Of a stretch of DNA of 64,000 nt, positions 55,840-64,000 are shown one piece after another. Source of the DNA: Nemertoderma westbladi (Eukaryota > Animalia > Xenacoelomorpha); assembly GCA_032718475.1 (NCBI GenBank), contig JAUCBJ010003650.1, positions 62,001 through 126,000 of the forward strand. The letters run 5' to 3'. Position numbers and translations under genes: made by a program. Position 1 is the first letter of the stretch; every line of letters begins with the position of its first letter. The notes under the pieces were generated by a model. The model made no database searches, was not told the DNA's origin, and saw only the letters and a program-made list of their open reading frames with translations.

Positions 55840-56578
55840 CTGTCGTTGGATCCCTTAGGAACGCTTGGAACTGCATCCTCACGCAGTTTAGATCCATCCT
55901 CTCACTTTCCCGCACAATTTCCTCGTCAACAGCCTCCAGTTGACATCGACTCAACTGCGCCCCGTTGCGTTCAGACCCCCCATAAATCCCGTGCCACTTC
56001 GCGCGTAACGCATCCGCCACCTCCTTCCGCTTTATATGTTTAATACCGAGTCCGCAGAAACTTGCGGATCCTGAGTTAGTCGCAACGTCCACAAAACAAA
56101 CTCCGTCCTCTACGATACAGAGTCCCGGTGACTTACTTCCTAGTAGCGTGTACGCGTGGAGTCTAGGGGGTTCATCTTTAGTTACCAAGGTAACGCCAAC
56201 CCTCGCGTCGCCAATGTGTCCGCGTAGTACGACAGTCGGGTATGTTTTGTTTTTCTTTGTAGAGGAAACGCCTTGCAGACATCCGTGTGAAGGTCCTTCG
56301 CAGTCATAACGGAATCGGAATGTAGTCTGCGGTTGTTCTAGTATCTCTAGATAGGGTTGCCGCGGTACCGGTATGTATGAGCAGCTTGCTACCGGTTCCC
56401 GCTGGGTTATTGTTTCATTGTTTACGGGTTGCTCCATGATCGGAGGCGGACCCATCTCTCCGTCGCTGTTGGGGGTTGAGTCGCCGGCCATATCCTCGAA
56501 GCAACCCGGGAAATCCGTGTCGAAGAGAATATCTAGGATAGAGGGTTGATCGGGATTCGTATTTTCGCAGTTCGCCAT
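55840..56578 (-). CDS. NFKB: NF-kB (p105/p100-like) coding exon 1: N-terminal Rel homology DNA-binding region
   Basis: The translation contains PYLEILEQP..FRFRYDCEGPSHGCLQG..KTYPTV..LVTKDEPPRLHAY..MDLNCVRMQFQAFL, matching the p50/p52 RHD (EGPSHG is NF-kB subfamily; Rel proteins have EGRSAG). The first ATG at 56578 has strong Kozak context (GAGATGG); the ORF track start at 56584 is a GTG. Homology stops at DPTT-G, where there is a donor CAG|GTGAGA (intron starts 55839, phase 1). Confidence 0.95.
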
Positions 56579-58736
56579 CTCCACACCGTTGGGCGGTGAA
56601 TATTAAACGACAAAGCAGAAGGACAGAGCCAGAGGAGAAAGATAAAATCATCTGCACAATAATCTGATAATATCGCCACGATCGTGTAAGAAAATGTTAC
56701 GGTTATTGATACCGGTATCTGGGTATTTACAATTCTTGCATAAAACCTGAAAACTGTAAAAACTAAAATTAAAGGACTCTCTGCTCTCCTCTCAGCCTCT
56801 CTCTCTCTGTCTGTACTGCTAACTAACTCTGTCAGTCTGTAACTGCTCTTACAATACTGCAATACAGCAGTCAGTCAATTCAGTTCACAGTTAGTTACAG
56901 GTGTACTGCAGTATCGTTAGATTTTGTATTGGCAGTGAGGGGCGAGCCACGAAGTGAGCGAAGCCTTATTAGCATATGGGTGCCATTAACGAGTTGTCTG
57001 TCGTCGTCTCGTCGTCTGGTGTCGTAAATTAACTTGAATGGCCCTAGTTAGTAGATTTACAAATGATAGTTAAAGCGTGCAAGGGAAAAAAGGAAATTAC
57101 CTCTGTTTTTACAACAAGTTTATCGCAAACTGATGCATCGCCATCACTCATATAAATATATTTTGGGAAACACCAAACACGGTTTTCGTATATCTAATAG
57201 AGATTAGTTAGTATCAACAATACTTTCTATTATATGCTCCCGTGCTGCTCGAAGGTCCCACGGACGTGTTGATTTAACTTATAATACATGAATACTACTA
57301 CAGTACACTGTATGACCTACTGTACAACACGTTCGTATGACTAAAAGTACTTAGTAAGAATGATTGAAAACTGTCATACTCATAACGAAAATCGAAAACG
57401 TTTACATATATATAGTAACAATTTAATTTGAAAAATCGGCTTTTCCTCACAAATAATTTAAACAATGAGTGAATTAATCTAACCTTTTCACAGATATTCC
57501 AGAAAATTAGTTCAAAAGGATAATTATTCGATAAGAAAGAGAAAGAGTAAAATGCCACTATTTCACTACCTTTCTGTTTAGAGAAATTCAGCTTTTCATT
57601 TCAATTCATTCTAGATATTCCCAACTCGTGAAAACTCAACACACGACGGGCAGAATATATGAATTTTTAAATAAATGGAAAATAATGTTTTCCGTTGTTT
57701 TTAAATTGAATAAATTTTATTTACTTTATTATTTATATTTTATTTGAGAAAAATATCACCAGCGTTTATCACTGTATCCTTAGCTTTCATACAGTCATAG
57801 GAAGAATCACTGAAAACATCCTCATCTTCAAACCAAGGGTGATAATATTTCAAGAAATGTAAATACAAGCAACCTAGTAGGTAGGTAAATAGTATAAACA
57901 TATCCTTTACTATTAAACAATAATTACGCTAAATTAAGTTACCACTATAAGTAAATTATAGTCGAAAAGTGAAAAGTGCAATGTACAGAACTTCCATCGG
58001 GTATTGTAAACAACGTCCAATGAGACCATACAGAAGTTGCAAATATATTAGAAATCGGGATGGGTGGAGTAACAATAATCATAATTTTAGTTTATACTTA
58101 ACGCTAAGGTTGGTATGCGTAATAATGCTTAAAATTGATTACAATTTCTAATCAGTACTCATTTTCAGACGTTGGTTGGGTATGGGACCAAGTATGGGAC
58201 GCCGTTTTGGTCAATAATACAAAACTTATTATTATATACAGTATAACTAAAAATAAGAGATATTAAGAAGTTTTTTTCTTCAAAAAAGTTATAATACCAA
58301 TCATTTTTTTCTTCACTGCTTGGGCCAAAAATAGCTGAGAGGGAAATTTGAATTATCATTTTCCATATACTGTATTTACCTAGCAATTATTAGCATATCA
58401 TACCTATCACCTATGTGTGTAATTAATTATTGTGCGTGTGAATGATGTACCGGTACTGTATTACCGGTAGAAGTTGACTATATTCTTTGCATTGGGAAGG
58501 GAAATAAAAGTAAGGCTCTACTGTAAGGACAGAAGGACCCTTTCCACCTTCAGCCAGTCTGCCAGTGCTGCAGAGCAGTACTGTGCAATAGTGCTTGCTT
58601 ATACAGTTACAGTATATGAATTGTGAGGACAGGAGGATTTCATGTTCCAATAAACTAAATAAACTGAATAAACTACGGACTGACAGGTAAATCTAGAAAT
58701 TTGGTAGGCAGTCTATAGGCCTAATGAATAAAAAAA
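56579..58736. promoter_or_regulatory. Divergent intergenic/5' UTR region between NF-kB (-) and FIBP (+)
   Basis: The two start codons are 2.2 kb apart, head to head. AT-rich, with a CT-rich tract at ~56778-56812. Transcription starts cannot be located from sequence. Confidence 0.55.
56922..57190 (+). mobile_element. Possible short non-autonomous Helentron/HINE-like element
   Basis: Imperfect subterminal inverted pair AGTGAGGGGCGA (56934-56945) / TCGCCATCACT (57138-57148), internal (GTC)n microsatellite at ~56995-57025, and a small 3' hairpin at 57167-57187. Called from architecture only. Confidence 0.3.
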
Positions 58737-59840
58737 ATGGCGAACATTACGTCAGTAACTGTGTGCAACACAACTAATATTTGCTTTGAAGTTTTCCAAT
58801 TCTGGTTGGATGGCTTAACAATGGAGGAGGCAACAAAGAAACGTCTTGGATCCTTTACCCTTCCCCTTATTCACGGTCCGCTCTCCACTCAAGAACTATT
58901 GCTAAGGGACATCAGCGACCACTACAATACCTACCGATTCCTGGAGCCGTTTCTACAGCAACCAACTAAACTATCCAATCAGATTATCATACAAATACAA
59001 GCGACTCAACAGAAGCAGATAATAGATAGATATTACGGGTTTGACGCGATTGCAGCCCGCGAGATGTTGGGAAAGAAGATGTCTTTGAAATATCGTAAAG
59101 ATTTGGACGATGTCAGCGATAAAACCGGAGTCAGGTTAAAGTCATGCCGAAGGCAGTTCGACAACTTCAGACGGGTTTATCGCGTAGTAGAAGACATGGA
59201 GGGCTCTTTGGTGGACAACATCCGGAAACATTTCCTTCTATCCGAGGAACTCGGAACAAAATACGCCGCCATCGTGTTCCTCGCGAATTCCCGATTCGAA
59301 ACATCTAAAAAGAAGTTAACTTATTTATCGCTTCACGACTTTATTTACTGCGCAAATTTAATGATTAATAACTGGACTTTTGGGGCGAGTTATTCGACAG
59401 CAGAAGATATGGATGTCGACCTTGACAGGGAGTTTCTACAGGACCTCAGGGATTTGAGAGCTCTTCTAGAAAAAGAGACTGCAGACAACCATAAATTCGC
59501 TTTAATATTTCTTTTAAAAAGGAAGAAAGTTTCAGATGAAGTTCTTAACGATATAGATAGCAACTACAAGGGGTTGTCTAGAGCTCTAGTTACCATAGCA
59601 TCAGGGTTGGTACACAGCAGGGAAGTTAAAGATTTCTTCATTGACGTGGTCGACAAGATTGTGGACGTATTTAGGAACTGCAGATGGAGTCGCGAGTTCA
59701 TAGTGACCTTTATGGATGGCTATGTAGCAGCCATGTCTACTATGGAAGGTCCGTTGTCAAGGGAACATGGATTAATTAAGGTGGCCGACCGGTATATCAA
59801 CACTTTGAAGCTTTGTATATTGGCCATGTATCACATATAG
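58737..59840 (+). CDS. FIBP: Acidic fibroblast growth factor intracellular-binding protein, full length, CDS intronless
   Basis: 367-aa ORF with recognisable FIBP motifs from start to end: NTT..WLDG, LGKK..KDLDDVSDKTGVRLKSCRRQFDNFRRV, FANSRFETSKKKL, DMDVDLDREFLQDL, C-terminal CILAMYH. Kozak AAAATGG. AATAAA at 60025-60030. Confidence 0.97.
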   Translation: MANITSVTVCNTTNICFEVFQFWLDGLTMEEATKKRLGSFTLPLIHGPLSTQELLLRDISDHYNTYRFLEPFLQQPTKLSNQIIIQIQATQQKQIIDRYYGFDAIAAREMLGKKMSLKYRKDLDDVSDKTGVRLKSCRRQFDNFRRVYRVVEDMEGSLVDNIRKHFLLSEELGTKYAAIVFLANSRFETSKKKLTYLSLHDFIYCANLMINNWTFGASYSTAEDMDVDLDREFLQDLRDLRALLEKETADNHKFALIFLLKRKKVSDEVLNDIDSNYKGLSRALVTIASGLVHSREVKDFFIDVVDKIVDVFRNCRWSREFIVTFMDGYVAAMSTMEGPLSREHGLIKVADRYINTLKLCILAMYHI

Positions 59841-60119
59841 TTGCCCATGTACCACGTTTTGCAATATTTAATAATAATCAGCGTCAATTATTAACTTTAT
59901 ATTACCGGTACCTCATAGCGTTTAAGTCGATTTAAATAGAAAGTACCCTAATTAAACCTACAGTAAATAGTTGCAATTATAAAATATAATCTGAATCATT
60001 TTGTACTCATTTGACGAATCTATCAATAAATTTATTTATTAATTATACCTAGTTTCTTAATACACTTGTTAATTAATTTATTATGTAGACTTCCTATTAT
60101 ACTATACATAATGAACTGT

Positions 60120-60341
60120 ACTGTTTCCTAAAAACACATTGGATGGACTTAGCTGAATTATTTCGATTCAACATGGTAGATATTAATTAATAATTGTATT
60201 CAGACAGGTTGACTGTTGAGTTACATAATTATACTATGCAGTTTCCCAAAAACACATTGAACTGAATTATTTCTCTTCATAACATTGTAGACATTTCGCA
60301 TTCGCAGCTCAATTGTATTCAGACAGGTTGACTGTTGAGTT
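60120..60341. repeat. Two diverged direct copies of a ~120-bp segment
   Basis: GTTTCC.AAAAACACATTG...CTGAATTATTTC...AATTGTATTCAGACAGGTTGACTGTTGAGTT occurs at ~60123-60222 and ~60241-60341. Confidence 0.8.
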
Positions 60342-60465
60342 GCAACAAAACATTTACTATAGGGACCCTTATTATAGGAAGCGGCCTTTAATTTCATAAT
60401 AGTGTGATTAGTAATTCAATTAGTGACATACAGTATAACACATTGGAACTATGCTGCCGTCTTAA

Positions 60466-60693
60466 GGCAGAATACCCTATCTCAAAATTTTTGAAATTTT
60501 TTTTGTTGTACACACCGGCCTAATTTTAGGCGCTCTTTCAAATGAAACCAAGAAATACCATGGAATTCCCGCAGTAATATGCAAGAAAGTCATATTTTGC
60601 GAGTTTAAAACACCCCTATACCTTGATCCTCAGCCCTGTCACTTAAAGGCAAAACATCCTACATATAAAATATGGTACATAGGGTATTTTGCC
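60466..60693. mobile_element. Small MITE-like element with 15-bp TIRs GGCARAATACCCTAT
   Basis: TTAA-GGCAGAATACCCTAT ... ATAGGGTATTTTGCC-TTAG. The same motif recurs at ~60648, 60733 and 60837. Confidence 0.5.
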
Positions 60694-60939
60694 TTAGTAA
60701 CACTTTTATTCAGTGTACCTTACATTTAACGGTAGGGTGTTTTGCCTTTGAAAAGCTCTATAATATAATATTGTTATTTCCTATTACTTATGCGTAGATA
60801 TTGGCGGGAATTACAGTTTGTTCGCATTTATATGTGGGCAAAATACCCTTTCAAAGATTTTGATACTTATTATACTGACTCTATAGAATCTCAATTCAGT
60901 CGATTAGGAATATACAAAGCATACACAAAGAATATACAT

Positions 60940-61088
60940 ATATGTGGCTGTGGGGAAGATATGTGGCTGTGGGGAGGATATGTGGCTGTGGGGAAGATAT
61001 GTGCTTGTGGGGATGATATATGGCTGTGGGGAGAATATGTGGCTGTGCGGAGGATATGTGGCTGTGGGGAGGATATGTGGCTGGGGAG
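60940..61088. repeat. 19-bp minisatellite (ATATGTGGCTGTGGGGARG) x ~8
   Basis: Directly visible. It accounts for the three overlapping spurious ORFs here. Confidence 0.95.
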
Positions 61089-61394
61089 TCAACTTATTGA
61101 AGCGCAATGCTACTATGGGCATCCCACGTCCACTGGCTCAACACAAAGGAGTTACCATAGACAGAGTCAATGAATTGATTTAACGACTTGGGCGAATAAT
61201 TCCAAGAAGTAGAATTGGTTTTTGGAATTCGTTAGTTAAAGTGTGATGGTGAACTGAACATGTCAATAATGAAAGACTGCATTACAAGGCAAAGTAAATT
61301 GAGTATTTTCCTACCAACACTATTATGAAATTAAAGGCCGCTTCCTATAATAAAAGACATTATAGTAAATGTTTTGTTGCAACTAAACAGTTAA

Positions 61395-61604
61395 GCCAAA
61401 ATACCCTATCTCCAAAAATTGTGTTTTGAGTAATCTAACGAAACGCGTTTTCATCTACAAGTATGTTATACAGCTGCCTGGATACCAGAATTTGAACTGA
61501 AAGATACCCAAATATACTAACTTAGAATTTCAAATGCGAGATACACAACTTTTGTGATTTGGGAGCTTAAAAAATGCTGAAAAGATTTTATAGGGTGTTT
61601 TGCC
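61395..61604. mobile_element. Second MITE-like copy with the same TIR motif
   Basis: TTAA-GCCAAAATACCCTATCTCCAAAAATT ... ATAGGGTGTTTTGCC. The 5' end resembles 60466-60490. Confidence 0.45.
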
Positions 61605-62659
61605 TCGAAAATGTTGGCGAGGAATGAAACTGAACGTTTATATAGGGTGTTTGGTCTATCAAGAGTTCGAGTCAAATTGTTTAATATCTTCAAATAATAA
61701 TACTGCAGAGTGGAAATTATACTTGGAATTTTGTAGTTAAGGGTTGGGTTTTGGTAAATAATGCAAATTATAATTCAAAAACATGAGATAAACAGCTGAT
61801 AATTTCTGTATGATTAGTTGCCTGGTAACGTCATCATGGTTACCATTCCATGAATATAAAGTACTCAAACTAAACTCTGGGCAATCGATTATAATTACAT
61901 ATTTGCCCGTAAATTTTTTAGAAATATTCTAGCTAGCTACTGTATAACCATGTGACCAGTTTACCAAAACCTAGTCCGCCCAATGTCATACCCACGGTGA
62001 TCTTTTACCAATCTGCTGCGATAGGCTGGCCAAGCAAATAGCCGTAACTACACTCTCTACCTCTTTATCTTTAAATATTCCAGAACATATTATTTATTGA
62101 ACGTCATAGATTCTCTCAAATATTTTATTGTTAATACTTGAAGACCCTTTGGGGTATTTATTGAATATAATTTATTTTATTTTTGTTATAGGGTTTACCA
62201 AATTTGAAAGCTCACCAACGACGGCTACTTTAAAAAGATAACAATAACAATTCTTGAGTGTACGCAATACCAGGGGCATCCAGAAGGTTCCTTTTTCTGA
62301 GACATGGGGATGCGGGGGGGGGGGGGGGTAATGGATAGAAATCTGAACTAGTAAATTAATATATAAATTAAGGAAAAGGAGCAGGTTACAGTGGCACGCA
62401 CGTTATTCTATAACACTAACGCAGTAAACGAGAGTCAATAGAACAGATGAGTAATTCAGGGAGTAATCATTTGTTCACTACGGCTGACAAACTGTAAGTA
62501 TTGGATGTGGTTGTAAGTGAGTGTGGTTGCTAAGCACCCCCCCAAACACACTACTTTTAATATTTATTCCTTGGAATTAATTCTGATAATTTTAAATCGG
62601 CTATTTCAGTTACCCCATATTATGTATGGGATAATTAATTAAACGCCACTAATTGAATG

Positions 62660-63482
62660 CCACCCCAAATTAGATGATTTAACACCAAAATAAATTATTT
62701 TCCACCAAATATATTTTTTTGTAGCACCAATTCACATCCCCCAATTTTGAATATCCCTCTCACCAAAAACAATTATTCGTCCCCCCAAACATAATTATCC
62801 ATCCCCCAAAAACAATTATTCATCCCCAAAAACAATTATTATAGCCCGAAAAACAATTATTATAGCCCGAAAAACAATTATTCATCCCCCAAAAATAATT
62901 ACTTTTAAACCAAAAAAAATTATTCCAGCACCAAATATTTTATATTAAATCCTGGTATTCTTCACATGGGCGCATGCTTCAGTCTTCAGTTACAGTATTC
63001 GTACCAATAGGCCTATTGTCTTCAGAACAACGTATTCTGTTATTAGGTTTCGTACCGATGTACCTACAGTATTAGGCCTACTTCAGTTTCAGCATTCGTA
63101 CCTATAGGCCTATTGCCTACAGTATCTATTATTGCCTATTACTTATTCTACTATTAGGTTTCAGTATTACAGCAGTACTGAAGTTTTTGTCTAACTTCCA
63201 GGAAGTGCAAGGCCTATTGCTGCAGTAGTATAGTATTTATTTTGGGGTATTATGTATTTATTTTGGGCAAAAATGTATTTGTTTTGGGGGATTATGTATT
63301 TATTTTGGGCTAAAATGTATTTGTTTTGGGGGAAAATGTATTTATTTTGGGCTAAAATGTATTTGTTTTGGGGGAAAATGTATTTGTTTTGGGTAAATTT
63401 GTAATTATTTTGGGGGTTTTGTCATTTATTTTGGTGCTAATAATTGGTTTTGGGGAGCATATTTTTCATCAATTTTGGGATG
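62660..63482. repeat. Foldback-like structure: two oppositely oriented arrays of ~20-22-bp CCCCAAAA-type subrepeats around a low-complexity spacer
   Basis: Left arm CCCCAAAAACAATTATT-like repeats (~62660-62940). Right arm ATGTATTTRTTTTGGGG-like repeats (~63236-63482). The outer ends CACCCCAAATTAGATGA and TCATCAATTTTGGGATG are near reverse complements. Confidence 0.65.
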
Positions 63483-64000
63483 ACTTTAGCCAGGGTTTTT
63501 TTTTCAAAATGTCCGCTGTTAAAAGTTTCTAAACGGCGAGGAATAATTTAGAAAATCTCTAATTTGTTTAGAAAACCAAAATAATTTTTGCCCAATGACG
63601 AATGTGAAAGATTAATTTTGAAAAGTAGGCCATGCATTACTTCCTGTATTGCTTTGTTTTCTACTTTATTTAGACAAAATCTGAAAGCGAATTATGACAT
63701 ACCACTCATGAGTTACCAGTGGGCGCGGGCCTACGTAATCTTAAATATCATCGAAACATTAAACTAATAAAGACCTACTACCCTATGTAATGCAGCTTTG
63801 GTAAATTAATGCCATTTTTATTGCGAAGGAATATTCCACATGATTGGGGTGTTGGGGCAGTAAAATAAGTATCAAATTTATAAGACTGTAAATTATGGGA
63901 ATGTCAGTGAAACACTCTTAGACTGTAACACAGTCGATGTCGATCTACTTAGAAATAAACAATAACCATAAATAAACAATAAACAAGAGAAATGAGTGAG

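Larger units (their letters stand above)
60331..61391. mobile_element. ~1.06-kb non-coding element bounded by ~75-bp inverted repeats (MITE-like)
   Basis: 60331-60405 (ACTGTTGAGTTGCAACAAAACATTTACTATA...TTATTATAGGAAGCGGCCTTTAATTTCATAATAGTGT) is the near-exact reverse complement of 61317-61391. No TSD identified and no transposase. Confidence 0.7.

Noticed and set aside
56508-57101. kB-like sites GGGAAATCC (in CDS) and GGAAATTACC suggesting autoregulation
   Set aside because: Imperfect short matches expected by chance; not supportable without ChIP or conservation.
56415-58650. Small ORFs in the intergenic region
   Set aside because: Short, AT-rich, often non-ATG starts, no recognisable homology.
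60790-61183. Three overlapping ORFs with CGCGEDMWLWG repeats
   Set aside because: Produced by the 19-bp minisatellite.
62314-62328. Poly-G run
   Set aside because: Isolated homopolymer with no supporting context.

Overview
Eukaryotic (animal, probably an intron-poor invertebrate) genomic DNA. About 85% of the window lies inside one minus-strand NF-kB (p105/p100-type) gene. Coding exon 1 (56578-55840) encodes the N-terminal Rel homology region. Coding exon 2 (2812-2664) carries the linker and the start of the IPT/dimerisation domain. The rest of the gene lies beyond the left edge. The ~53 kb between the two exons is a 78-nt ordinary intron followed by roughly 780 tandem copies of a 67/71-bp unit. 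That unit is the gene's own intron/exon-2 junction: 47 nt of exon 2 plus a branch-point/pyrimidine/TAG tail. Read on the sense strand each unit is a complete minimal GT-AG intron (GTGAGT...TTTAAC...TTGTAG), and units abut as AG|GTGAGT. The array therefore looks like hundreds of back-to-back introns or recursive splice sites with zero-length exons. The next intron is filled by a 15-bp satellite interrupted by a probable solo LTR. On the right, an intronless FIBP gene is transcribed divergently, followed by MITE/foldback-like inverted repeats and a 19-bp minisatellite. All splice assignments are inferred by eye from protein homology and splice consensus, and copy numbers are estimates.
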